From the NCBI GenBank assembly GCA_002305085.1, contig DBQE01000009.1, positions 20,835-84,834 of the forward strand: DNA of 64,000 bases. Direction: 5' to 3'. The stretch is from Bacteroidales bacterium UBA1402 (GTDB lineage Bacteria; Bacteroidota; Bacteroidia; Bacteroidales; UBA1402). Shown piece after piece: positions 20,882 through 29,781 of the stretch; position 1 is the first letter of the stretch, and each line of letters starts with the position of its first letter. The notes beneath the pieces were generated by a model. It was not told the origin of the DNA. It did no database searches and saw only the letters and a list, made by a program, of their open reading frames with translations. The position numbers were made by a program, and so were the translations under genes.

Positions 20882-22165
20882 ATGAAATTCGAAGAACTCG
20901 ATTTAGAAGAAGAACTCCTTGACGGATTGTGGGCTATGAATTTTCGGGAATGCACGCCGGTGCAGGAATTGGCTATTCCTGTTTTGCTCGAGGGCAATGA
21001 TTTAATCGGTTGCGCTCAAACGGGTACCGGTAAGACAGCCGCTTATCTTCTGCCGATTCTAAATAATCTTGTGTTGGACAAACATGCACACGATGCCATC
21101 CGGGCTGTGATTATGGTGCCTACCAGAGAATTAGCCCAGCAAATAGATCAACAAGTGGAAGGTTTTGCTTATTATTTACCGGTGTCGTCCATTGCCGTTT
21201 ACGGCGGAAACGACGGCATGGTGTGGGAGCAACAGAAAAAAAGTCTGGATATGGGCGTCGACATCGTTATTGCTACTCCGGGACGTTTGCTTTCGTATAT
21301 AAAATTGGGATTGATCGACCTGAGTCAGGTTAAATACTTTATCCTCGACGAAGCCGACCGCATGCTCGACATGGGATTCATCGACGACATAATGCTTATT
21401 ATCAAAGAATTGCCTACCAAACGACAAACCATGTTGTTTTCGGCAACCATGCCTTCAAAAATCAGAGAACTGGCAAAAAAAATAATGTATCAGCCCAAAG
21501 AAATAAGGCTAGCCGTCTCCAAACCCAACGAAAACATCGATCAATCGGTCTACATTTGCTATGAACGACAAAAACCTGAATTGGTTAATATCTTGTTTAG
21601 TTCTATGCAAACAGGCGAAAAAGTACTCATCTTTGCCTCTTCCAAAATCAAAGTAAAAGAAGTTCGCCGCATTCTGAAACGTCTGAATCTTTCCGTTATC
21701 GAAATGCATTCCGATTTAGAGCAAGCCGAGAGAGAAAAGGTGATGCTCAGTTTCAAAACCGGCAAAGTCAATATTCTGGTAGCAACCGACATTGTCTCCC
21801 GGGGAATAGATATTGATGACATTGCCCTGGTAATTAACTACGATGTCCCCCACGACCCGGAAGACTACGTTCACCGCATCGGACGTACTGCCCGCGCAGG
21901 CGAAAAAGGCAGAGCTGTTACCTTTGTTTCCGAACAGGACCAATACAAGTTCCTGCAAATTGAGCGCTTTCTGGAAAAAGAAGTGGTAAAAAATACGCTC
22001 CCGGGAAAATTAGGCGAAGGACCTCCCTATCAACCGCAAAAAGCCAGGCGAAGCCGGTTTGTTAACAAAGTGAAGTCCGAAAACAAAAAAGCGACGACAC
22101 GAGGCAGGAACAAAAAAAGCGGGCCCCGTAAACCTTTTAAGGGAGGAACCCGCTCTAAAACCTAA
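20882..22165 (+). CDS. DEAD-box ATP-dependent RNA helicase (RhlE-like)
   Basis: AQTGTGKT, PTRELA, DEAD, SAT and HRIGRTARAG motifs. Lys/Arg-rich C-terminal tail. Confidence 0.9.
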   Translation: MKFEELDLEEELLDGLWAMNFRECTPVQELAIPVLLEGNDLIGCAQTGTGKTAAYLLPILNNLVLDKHAHDAIRAVIMVPTRELAQQIDQQVEGFAYYLPVSSIAVYGGNDGMVWEQQKKSLDMGVDIVIATPGRLLSYIKLGLIDLSQVKYFILDEADRMLDMGFIDDIMLIIKELPTKRQTMLFSATMPSKIRELAKKIMYQPKEIRLAVSKPNENIDQSVYICYERQKPELVNILFSSMQTGEKVLIFASSKIKVKEVRRILKRLNLSVIEMHSDLEQAEREKVMLSFKTGKVNILVATDIVSRGIDIDDIALVINYDVPHDPEDYVHRIGRTARAGEKGRAVTFVSEQDQYKFLQIERFLEKEVVKNTLPGKLGEGPPYQPQKARRSRFVNKVKSENKKATTRGRNKKSGPRKPFKGGTRSKT

Positions 22166-22182
22166 ATAATAATACCTTCCGC

Positions 22183-22431
22183 TTAGCTTTCTTCCTCACT
22201 AAAGGCTTCCGGAATCTGATCGATCAAAGATGAGGCCTTTTCAATATCCTCTTCCATTACGTGCAATAACACTGTAGAGCTAGCCGAAAAAAATCCGGGT
22301 GTAAACACACTGGTTTCGTTGCTCAAAAAACAGGCTATCCCGTTAGATTCGAGCATACTTCTAACAATGTTGGCTTCAGTGGCGGTATTATACCCCCTTA
22401 GCACCACCGATTTTCGCTGATCTTTTTTCAT
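22183..22431 (-). CDS. Small DUF2007-like protein (putative signal-transducing fold)
   Basis: 82 aa, 18 nt downstream of pnp on the same strand. The family assignment is from memory of the sequence style (ANIVRSMLESNGIACFL). Confidence 0.5.
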   Translation of the reverse strand: MKKDQRKSVVLRGYNTATEANIVRSMLESNGIACFLSNETSVFTPGFFSASSTVLLHVMEEDIEKASSLIDQIPEAFSEEES

Positions 22432-22449
22432 TATTCTGGATTTAATGTC

Positions 22450-24690
22450 TTACCTGTCGCGATTTGAATCCGGACGGCGACGACCACCCCTGCCTCTACC
22501 GGCATCGTCGCCTCCCTGACGCTTATCCGGTCTGGGGCGACGCTCCCTTTCGGGGCGTTCTTCGTATCCTTCGGGTTTCTCGAGCAATGCCTTGTGAGAT
22601 AATTTGAATTTTCCGGTTTTGGGATCTATGTCGAGCAACTTCACATCTATCTCGTCCCCTTCTTGCAGTCCGGCTTCTTCAATAGCTTCCAGGCGCTTCC
22701 AGGTAATCTCGGAAATATGCAGTAATCCGTCTTTTCCGGGCATAAATTCAACAAAGGCTCCATATGGCATGATGGAACGGACTTTACCCCGGTAAACTTC
22801 TCCGGGTTCCGGCATAGCCACAATGCTTTTAATTTTCATTATGGCGGCGTCTATACTGGCTTTGTTGACGGCAGCAATTTCTACCCTACCCTGGTTGTCA
22901 ATCTCATCAATAGTAATGATGGCACCGGTTTCTTCCTGCATTCCCTGAATAATCTTTCCACCCGGGCCAATAACTGCACCAATAAATTCTTTGGGTATCC
23001 ACATAAGTTCAATGCGAGGCGCATTGGGTTTGAGTTCGGGGCGGGGAGCCGGCATAGTTTCAGTAATCTTACCGAGGATATGCATACGGCCTTCGCGAGC
23101 CTGCATCAAAGCCTTTTCCAGTATTTCGTAAGGCAGTCCGTCCACTTTGATATCCATTTGAGTAGCCGTAATGCCGTCCTTGGTTCCTGTTACCTTAAAA
23201 TCCATGTCTCCCAAATGGTCTTCGTCTCCCAAAATATCCGACAAGATGGCGAATTTTTTGTTATCGGTAATGAGCCCCATGGCAATACCGGAAACCGGTT
23301 TCTTTATAGGTACCCCTGCATCCATCAGGGCCAGGGTTCCGGCACATACCGTAGCCATGGACGAAGAACCGTTCGACTCCAAAATATCGGAAACCACGCG
23401 GATTACATAGGGATATTCTTCGGGTAACATTCTTTTCAAGGCACGATGGGCCAAATTGCCGTGACCGATCTCGCGACGTCCCACCCCGCGGCTGGCACGG
23501 GCTTCGCCAGTTGAAAAGGGAGGAAAGTTATAATGTAACAGAAATCTTTCGGTGCTTTGGTTCAGAGCATCGTCTACAATTTTTTCGTCCAGTTTGGTTC
23601 CCAGAGTAACCGAAGTGAGCGATTGGGTTTCCCCACGAGTAAAAATGGCAGAACCATGACAGCCGGGTAGACAATCTATTTCTGACCAAATGGGGCGAAT
23701 TTCTGTGGTCGTTCTGCCATCCAGGCGTTTGCCTTCGTCAAGAATACTGCGACGCATGGCTTCTTTTTCCACTTCATGGTAATAACGGGAAATCATCTCG
23801 GCTTTTTCCAAAGCTGTTTCTTCGTCCATAGCGGCTATATATTCTTCGTATATCGCCTTGAAGTTGGCTTCTCTCTGATGTTTGTCGGGATTGGCCGAAG
23901 TGGCTTCTGCGTAAGCCTTGGCATAAGTTTTATCCCAAATATCCTTGCGCAACTCTTCGTCGTTTTCTTCGTGACAATACTCGCGTTTAACGGTTTTACC
24001 GGCCAATTCAGCCAACTCAAGCTGGGCACGGCATTGGACTTTGATAGCTTCGTGTGCAATTTTGAGTGCCTCGAGCAAATCACTTTCTTGCACCTCGCTC
24101 ATCTCTCCTTCAACCATCATGATATTCTCCAGAGTGGCACCTACCACAATATCCATGTCGGCTTTTTTGAGTTCAGCCGAAGTGGGATTCAATTTAAATT
24201 GTCCGTCAATACGAGCTATGCGGACTTCTGAAATGGGACCGTTAAAAGGAATATCCGAAACAGCCAAAGCTGCCGAGGCAGCCAGCCCGGCCAAAGCATC
24301 GGGCATATCTCCGTTGCAGTCGTTATCGGCAGAAAAAAGGATCACGTTAACAATGGTATTGGCGTGAAAATCTGCGGGAAACAAGGGGCGTAAAGCCCGG
24401 TCGACTAAGCGTGAGGTCAAAATTTCAGAATCTGAGGGACGTCCCTCTCTTTTAAGAAAACCGCCGGGAAAACGTCCCGAGGAGGCGAATTTTTCTCTGT
24501 ATTCAACCTGTAAAGGCATAAAATCGGTTCCGGGAACTGCTTCTTTGTCGGCACAAACAGTAGCCAGCAATACAATATTGTTCATGCGGACAACTACAGA
24601 GCCGTCTGCCTGTTTGGCTAATTTACCGGTTTCAATGGTAATGGTCCTTCCATCACCCAATTCAATTGTTTTGACAATCGGTGTCATCAT
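22450..24690 (-). CDS. pnp: Polyribonucleotide nucleotidyltransferase (PNPase)
   Basis: Two RNase PH-like halves, a KH domain and an S1 domain ([15 protein letters not shown]), with an R/G-rich tail. The N-terminus [31 protein letters not shown] matches the usual PNPase start. In-frame ATGs also occur at 24726 and 24687, so the start is ambiguous. Confidence 0.93.
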   Translation of the reverse strand: MMTPIVKTIELGDGRTITIETGKLAKQADGSVVVRMNNIVLLATVCADKEAVPGTDFMPLQVEYREKFASSGRFPGGFLKREGRPSDSEILTSRLVDRALRPLFPADFHANTIVNVILFSADNDCNGDMPDALAGLAASAALAVSDIPFNGPISEVRIARIDGQFKLNPTSAELKKADMDIVVGATLENIMMVEGEMSEVQESDLLEALKIAHEAIKVQCRAQLELAELAGKTVKREYCHEENDEELRKDIWDKTYAKAYAEATSANPDKHQREANFKAIYEEYIAAMDEETALEKAEMISRYYHEVEKEAMRRSILDEGKRLDGRTTTEIRPIWSEIDCLPGCHGSAIFTRGETQSLTSVTLGTKLDEKIVDDALNQSTERFLLHYNFPPFSTGEARASRGVGRREIGHGNLAHRALKRMLPEEYPYVIRVVSDILESNGSSSMATVCAGTLALMDAGVPIKKPVSGIAMGLITDNKKFAILSDILGDEDHLGDMDFKVTGTKDGITATQMDIKVDGLPYEILEKALMQAREGRMHILGKITETMPAPRPELKPNAPRIELMWIPKEFIGAVIGPGGKIIQGMQEETGAIITIDEIDNQGRVEIAAVNKASIDAAIMKIKSIVAMPEPGEVYRGKVRSIMPYGAFVEFMPGKDGLLHISEITWKRLEAIEEAGLQEGDEIDVKLLDIDPKTGKFKLSHKALLEKPEGYEERPERERRPRPDKRQGGDDAGRGRGGRRRPDSNRDR

Positions 24691-24755
24691 AAAAATTTTC
24701 TTTAAATTGTCTCTGTGGGCCTTCATCGCCCATTTTAATCACTATAAAAATCCCG

Positions 24756-24763
24756 CAAATGTA
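24756..24763 (-). promoter_or_regulatory. -7 box (CAAATGTA on + strand)
   Basis: Upstream of pnp: 29 nt from ATG 24726 and 65 nt from ATG 24690. Confidence 0.45.
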
Positions 24764-24776
24764 AGGAAAAATTCAC

Positions 24777-24784
24777 TACTTTTG
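24777..24784 (+). promoter_or_regulatory. -7 box TACTTTTG
   Basis: 83 nt upstream of the NSS transporter ATG (24868). Confidence 0.45.
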
Positions 24785-24867
24785 CCGCTTTATTGCAATT
24801 AATTCTCAATGAATCAGCTCTGAGTTTTTGAAAGTTAGTTTATGACTGTTCAAAAATTGTAAGCACT

Positions 24868-26703
24868 ATGAGTAAGACACAAGCAAAAGAAGCCTGGGGC
24901 ACCCGATTAGGACTAATCCTTGCCATGGCAGGAAATGCCGTTGGACTGGGCAATTTTCTACGTTTCCCGATTCAGGCCATACAAAACGGAGGAGGAGCTT
25001 TCATCATTCCCTATCTTGTTTCATTCGTACTCTTGGGTATCCCTCTGATGTTGGTGGAATGGAGTACCGGCAGGTATGCGGGCCTCCGGGGACATCATTC
25101 TTCCCCTTTTGTGCTTCAAAGCCTCGACAAGCGACCCTATTGGAAATACATTGGAGTCATCGGCCTTTTTTCTAACATCGTGATTGCTTCGTACTATTGC
25201 TACATCGAAAGCTGGACACTCTCTTATGTCTACCACTCCATAATACGCACCTTCGACGGAATGACCGAAATACAGGTCTCCGACTTCTTCGACGATTACC
25301 TAAGAATAAGCACCTCAACCACAGGCATCCCCTACGAATCAATTCTTTTTTATATCCTTTGCCTGAGCATCAATGTTTGGATACTGAGCCAGACCCTCCG
25401 CAAAGGCATAGAAAGAGCAGCCAAATTTTTCATGCCCCTGTTGATATTATTCGGTCTTTTTCTGGTAGTAAAAATAGTCACTATCAAAGCCGGTGAACAG
25501 GGGGCAATTTACGATGGCTGGGTAGGTCTGGAGTTTTTATGGACGCCCGATCTCAAGTCTTTATCCGATCCCAAGGTATGGCTATCGGCCGCCGGCCAGA
25601 TATTTTTTACCCTATCGCTGGGTATGGGCTGCATACAATGCTATGCTTCTTACCTGAAAGAAAATGATGATGTGGTACTCAACTCTATGACAGCCGGTTT
25701 TATGAACGAATTCGTCGAAATTGTCATCGGCGGATCCATCATCATTCCCATTTCCATCGGTTATTTTGGCATAGACAAAGTGATGGATTTGTGCCAGATC
25801 GGAGGTTTTGGTCTGGGATTCCGTACTATGCCCTATTTGTTTGAACAATGGGGAGATGTCCTGGCCAGTTTGGCGGGGATAGCCTTTTTCGGCTTACTGT
25901 TCGGGGCAGGAATTACTTCCTCATTGGCTATGGGGGCACCAATTGTCGGCTTTTTAAAAGATAATTTCGGCTGGTCGAGAAAAAAAGGAGCACTTGCCTT
26001 CGGCAGCATTATCTTAGCATTTGGAATTCCAACAGTGCTGTTTTTCTCCAAAGGAGTATTCGATGAGTACGATTACTGGGGAGGTACCGTTGCCCTGGTA
26101 CTTTACGCCACTGCCGAAATCATTTTGTTTTCCTGGATTTTTGGAGTTGACCGCGGCTGGAAACTTATTCACCAAGGAGCCGACATGCGTATGCCCGGGA
26201 TTTTTAAATTTATACTCAGGTACATTACTCCCACCATGTTGATACTTATTTTACTAGCCTCTGCAGTAAAACCCAAAAACGACGATTGGAGTTTGTTGAG
26301 TCTGCAGGGTTGGGAACTGGATAAAAACAGCATTATCGGAGAATTGTCGCATAAAGACATCGGCCCCAACAACACATGGTTTGCCAAAGAATACTTCGCC
26401 GAACGCGACGGTTTGGTTCATAAAATTACAGCAACAGGAAAGGGAAATATGCTTGAAATACTGTCTGCCAACACCATTAAGAGCTATCACTTACCAAGCC
26501 GGCACACATTGATGGTTTCAGAAGGAGACAGAATCAAGGCAGGAGATGTGCTTTATAAGGGTAAAATCGTAAATACCGTCTTTTATATTGACAGTGCCAG
26601 AATCGGCTTGTTAATCTTGTTTTTGATGCTTTGTTTTTTTGTTTGGAAAGCCGCCAACAAGAAATCTCATAATTACTTTGATATAGAACAACTAAACCAA
26701 TAA
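24868..26703 (+). CDS. Neurotransmitter:sodium symporter (NSS/SNF) family transporter with an extra domain between TM11 and TM12
   Basis: 611 aa. TM1 motif AGNAVGLGNFLRFP and a LeuT-like 12-TM pattern. About 110 hydrophilic residues (468-577) precede the last TM. Confidence 0.9.
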   Translation: MSKTQAKEAWGTRLGLILAMAGNAVGLGNFLRFPIQAIQNGGGAFIIPYLVSFVLLGIPLMLVEWSTGRYAGLRGHHSSPFVLQSLDKRPYWKYIGVIGLFSNIVIASYYCYIESWTLSYVYHSIIRTFDGMTEIQVSDFFDDYLRISTSTTGIPYESILFYILCLSINVWILSQTLRKGIERAAKFFMPLLILFGLFLVVKIVTIKAGEQGAIYDGWVGLEFLWTPDLKSLSDPKVWLSAAGQIFFTLSLGMGCIQCYASYLKENDDVVLNSMTAGFMNEFVEIVIGGSIIIPISIGYFGIDKVMDLCQIGGFGLGFRTMPYLFEQWGDVLASLAGIAFFGLLFGAGITSSLAMGAPIVGFLKDNFGWSRKKGALAFGSIILAFGIPTVLFFSKGVFDEYDYWGGTVALVLYATAEIILFSWIFGVDRGWKLIHQGADMRMPGIFKFILRYITPTMLILILLASAVKPKNDDWSLLSLQGWELDKNSIIGELSHKDIGPNNTWFAKEYFAERDGLVHKITATGKGNMLEILSANTIKSYHLPSRHTLMVSEGDRIKAGDVLYKGKIVNTVFYIDSARIGLLILFLMLCFFVWKAANKKSHNYFDIEQLNQ

Positions 26704-26837
26704 TGAATACGACTGCTTTGTTAATCATGCTGAGTTCACAGATTGGTGTCAGTCTGTTTCTGGCCTATTTTTTGTACCGGATATTTAAAGCCCGGGGCGA
26801 TAAATCTAAACAGAATCGCTCCCAAAATAGCGCATGA
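26703..26837 (+). CDS. Small single-TM ORF, candidate MetS-like NSS transporter small subunit
   Basis: 44 aa: MNTTALLIMLSSQIGVSLFLAYFLYRIFKARGDKSKQNRSQNSA. Its ATG overlaps the transporter TAA (TAATG at 26701-26705). It is below the 60-aa cutoff of the ORF track. Its 3' end overlaps the convergent LytTR gene by 32 nt. Confidence 0.45.
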   Translation: MNTTALLIMLSSQIGVSLFLAYFLYRIFKARGDKSKQNRSQNSA

Positions 26838-27669
26838 CCTTTTGTGAATACCCTTTGGAAACAGGAATGGATTTAACCTTTTCCGAATCAAGGTCAATGT
26901 AAATACCTTCTTTTTCTTTGCGGATTACCTTTACCTTGTCCGAATTGATAATATAGGATCGGTGACAACGCATCAATGAGCTGTTAGCAAAACTTTCCTC
27001 TATGGTTTTGAGCTTACAACGCAATAAATAATTGCACATGGCACCTTTGTTCATGTAGTACACCTTAATGTAATTGTCGTGTGATTCTATATAATAAAGA
27101 TTATCCAGTTTTATGGACAGTTTCAGATTGCCATAATTATCGGTCAAATGGATCAATTCCTTGTCTTTGTTAGCCAATTCATCGTCGGAGACAAAATCTT
27201 TATAATTGAGCAAGCGCAAAGTTCTGTTTTTATCGTTCAGTGCACAATACAAAATAGAAATCGTGTCAGGTATAATCAGGATTACCGAAGTATATAAAAA
27301 TGCCCGGGGGAAAACAGTCCAAAAAGAAGCATCCGTTTGTTCGATAAAGGTAATGGTGACAAAGGTGTAAAGCGTGGTTATCAGTACAATCTCGGCAAAC
27401 AACCAAACGAAAAAACCTAAGAAAGTAAGTTTGAACCACTTTTTACTGTTGAATACCAAGATTCTGCTTAAGATTAAAATCAATGTCGATGCAGCCAAAA
27501 CACCTACGGTGAAGAAAAAAAAGTCGGATTTTCCCAAATCAAACCAGGCTGTGGACGAAAAAGGGGTATAAATATTTAAAAAAATGATGGAAAAAAGTAT
27601 TGTAAACAGCAAAGACCCAAGTATTTGGTTCTTTTGCAACAGGTATGAGGGTACTTTTTGAGTGATCAT
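26806..27669 (-). CDS. Membrane-anchored LytTR-domain DNA-binding protein (4 TM + LytTR)
   Basis: ATG at 27669; the track start 27702 is TTG. Four N-terminal hydrophobic helices. C-terminal LytTR pattern: LYYIESHDNYIKVYY...LKTIEESF...LMRCHRSYIINSDKV. Confidence 0.8.
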   Translation of the reverse strand: MITQKVPSYLLQKNQILGSLLFTILFSIIFLNIYTPFSSTAWFDLGKSDFFFFTVGVLAASTLILILSRILVFNSKKWFKLTFLGFFVWLFAEIVLITTLYTFVTITFIEQTDASFWTVFPRAFLYTSVILIIPDTISILYCALNDKNRTLRLLNYKDFVSDDELANKDKELIHLTDNYGNLKLSIKLDNLYYIESHDNYIKVYYMNKGAMCNYLLRCKLKTIEESFANSSLMRCHRSYIINSDKVKVIRKEKEGIYIDLDSEKVKSIPVSKGYSQKVMRYFGSDSV

Positions 27670-27709
27670 TTTATCCTGTTTTTGAGCTAATGCAATCAAC
27701 AAACAGAGA

Positions 27710-27717
27710 CAAATGTA
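27710..27717 (-). promoter_or_regulatory. -7 box (CAAATGTA on + strand) for the LytTR gene
   Basis: 40 nt upstream of ATG 27669. Confidence 0.45.
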
Positions 27718-27723
27718 AAAACT

Positions 27724-27799
27724 ATTTGGTCACAAATAGCAAGATTTGGCCACCGATATTCATGTTTTCGCCACATTTCCGTTTTTATTCACCACATAA
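27724..27799. promoter_or_regulatory. Four phased direct repeats (putative LytTR operator array)
   Basis: TTGGTCACA at 27726, TTGGCCACC at 27746, TTCGCCACA at 27767 and TTCACCACA at 27788. Start-to-start spacing is 20, 21 and 21 bp. Invariant positions are TT---CAC. Confidence 0.5.
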
Positions 27800-27825
27800 A
27801 CTTGGCCGGGAGCCCATATCAGAGC

Positions 27826-27833
27826 TACATTTG
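27826..27833 (+). promoter_or_regulatory. -7 box TACATTTG for the fab operon
   Basis: 26 nt upstream of the fabH ATG (27860). Confidence 0.5.
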
Positions 27834-27859
27834 CGGCCTCAAATTCATGGAAATTAAAA

Positions 27860-28819
27860 ATGAAAATTATAGGAACCGGGAGTTCTTCTCCCTCCCTAAC
27901 CGTCAGCAACGATATGCTGGCCACATTTTTGGATACCAGCGATGAGTGGATCCAAACCAGAACAGGAATAAAAACCAGACAAGTTATTTCGACGGAGCGA
28001 CTGGAAGATTTGGCAGCGCAAGCTTGCTCAATAGCAATTCACGAAGCAGGCATTAAGGCAGAAGATTTAGATTATATCATTTGCTCCAACACACTCAATG
28101 AATACGTGACTCCTGCGCTGAGCTGTATTCTTCAGGGTATGCTGGGAGCCGATTGCCCTTGTATCGACCTTAATGGAGCCTGCGCCGGTTTCATTTACGC
28201 ACTGGATATGGCTGACGCCTTGTTCGAAAGGGGCAACATGGAACATATTCTGGTTGTTTGCGCCGAAGAACCCACCCGCATGGTGGATTGGACCAAACGC
28301 GACACTTGCGTCCTTTTCGGGGATGGAGCCGGAGCTGTAGTCCTTGGTAAAGGGGAAGGTTTTAAATCTTTCAAACTTTCCACTTTCAGCAATACCGAAG
28401 CCTTGTATCAAATCCGCAAATTGCAGGATACACCTTTTATAAAAAGGGAAGAAACAGAAGGAAACGATGCATTGGTAATGAAGGGACAGGACGTTTTTAA
28501 ATTGGCGGTAAACTGTTCTCTGAACGATATCAAAGATGTCTTGAAACTGGCAGGGGTCAAAGCGGACGAGATCGATCATTATTTGCTGCACCAGGCAAAC
28601 ATGAGAATTCTCGACACAATAATGAGGTATTTGGGGCAAAGCGAAAAAAACTTTCCCCACAACATTGAACGCTACGGAAATACCTCGTCGGCCAGCATTC
28701 CCATGTTGCTCGACGAATTGAATAAAAATAATAAATTAAAAACCGGACAAAAACTGGTTTTCAGTGCTTTCGGAGCAGGTTTCACCACGGGTGCCTGTCT
28801 GCTGGAATGGACTATGTAA
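27860..28819 (+). CDS. fabH: 3-oxoacyl-ACP synthase III
   Basis: 319 aa. Cys-His-Asn triad contexts NGACAGF, LLHQANMRI and YGNTSSASIP. Confidence 0.9.
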   Translation: MKIIGTGSSSPSLTVSNDMLATFLDTSDEWIQTRTGIKTRQVISTERLEDLAAQACSIAIHEAGIKAEDLDYIICSNTLNEYVTPALSCILQGMLGADCPCIDLNGACAGFIYALDMADALFERGNMEHILVVCAEEPTRMVDWTKRDTCVLFGDGAGAVVLGKGEGFKSFKLSTFSNTEALYQIRKLQDTPFIKREETEGNDALVMKGQDVFKLAVNCSLNDIKDVLKLAGVKADEIDHYLLHQANMRILDTIMRYLGQSEKNFPHNIERYGNTSSASIPMLLDELNKNNKLKTGQKLVFSAFGAGFTTGACLLEWTM

Positions 28820-28830
28820 GACGATTTAAT

Positions 28831-29781
28831 ATGATTAAAACTCGAATAAATACCTTACTGGGAATTGAGTTTCCCATTTTGCAGGGGGGCATGGCCTGGA
28901 TTTCAGAATCCAACCTGGCCTCAGCTGTTTCCAATGCCGGAGGTTTGGGGCAAATTTCCTCGATCAATGCCGGTGTCGATGTCGTGAGACAGGAAATTCG
29001 TAAATGCAAAGCAAAAACTTCCAGGCCTTTTGGTGTCAATATAATGCTTATGAGCCCGATTGCCGACGATATTGCCCAAATGGTCATAGAAGAAGAGGTT
29101 CCGGTGGTGACCACCGGAGCCGGTATGCCCGGTAAATATATGAGCGACTGGCTAAATGCCGGTATTAAAGTGATTCCCGTTGTTTCCTCATCGGCCATAG
29201 CCAAACGCATGGAAAATATGGGAGCCTGCGCTGTGATTGCAGAGGGAGGAGAATCGGGAGGACATATCGGCGAAATCAACACTATGGCTTTGGTCCCGCA
29301 AGTATGCAACGCTGTGAGCATCCCAGTGATAGCTGCCGGAGGAATCGCCGACGGCAGGGGTTTTGCCGCCGTACTTATGCTGGGGGCCGAGGGGGTGCAA
29401 TGCGGAACACGCTTTCTGCTTTCCTCGGAATGCATAATCCACGAAAATTACAAAAATAAACTTCTGGCCGCCAAAGATTCAGACACTATCGTCACAGGCA
29501 AAAGCCTGGGACATCCCGTTCGTTCCCTTAAGACTCCCTTTTCCAGGAAGTTTGCCGAAATGGAAAAAGATCCTACCTTTACCACTAAAGACATTATGGA
29601 TTTTGGCACAGGATCGCTTAGAAAAGCTGTACAAGAAGGAGATCAATTAATGGGCAGCTATATGGCAGGACAATGCGTAGGAATGGTCAAGGATATTCTT
29701 CCGGCAAAACAAATTATCGAAGAACTTGTTCATGATGCAAAGCATCTTTTGTCAAATACCAATAAATGGATGGAAAAATGA
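28831..29781 (+). CDS. fabK: Enoyl-ACP reductase II (FMN-dependent, NPD/nitronate-monooxygenase fold)
   Basis: The start MIKTRINTLLGIEFPILQGGMAW matches the FabK N-terminus as I remember it. AEGGESGGHIG is present. An alternative ATG at 28807 would overlap fabH. Confidence 0.85.
   Translation: MIKTRINTLLGIEFPILQGGMAWISESNLASAVSNAGGLGQISSINAGVDVVRQEIRKCKAKTSRPFGVNIMLMSPIADDIAQMVIEEEVPVVTTGAGMPGKYMSDWLNAGIKVIPVVSSSAIAKRMENMGACAVIAEGGESGGHIGEINTMALVPQVCNAVSIPVIAAGGIADGRGFAAVLMLGAEGVQCGTRFLLSSECIIHENYKNKLLAAKDSDTIVTGKSLGHPVRSLKTPFSRKFAEMEKDPTFTTKDIMDFGTGSLRKAVQEGDQLMGSYMAGQCVGMVKDILPAKQIIEELVHDAKHLLSNTNKWMEK

Noticed and set aside
24823-24857. Inverted repeat TTTTTGAA-N19-TTCAAAAA in the NSS transporter 5' UTR
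   Set aside because: It is an 8-bp AT-only stem with a long loop, which is plausible by chance in AT-rich spacer DNA.
27802-27810. Fifth partial copy TTGGCCGGG next to the LytTR-region repeats
   Set aside because: It lies 14 bp from repeat 4, out of the 20-21 bp phase, and lacks the CAC core. I did not count it as part of the array.
28812-29435. 207-aa minus-strand ORF antisense to fabK (similar shadow ORFs occur opposite pgm 6990-7745, ACAD 33308-33883, the esterase 60609-61124 and pbpC 63293-63919)
   Set aside because: These are Pro/Ala/Ser-rich shadows of GC-rich, Gly/Ala-rich coding sequence. The sense genes have intact catalytic motifs.
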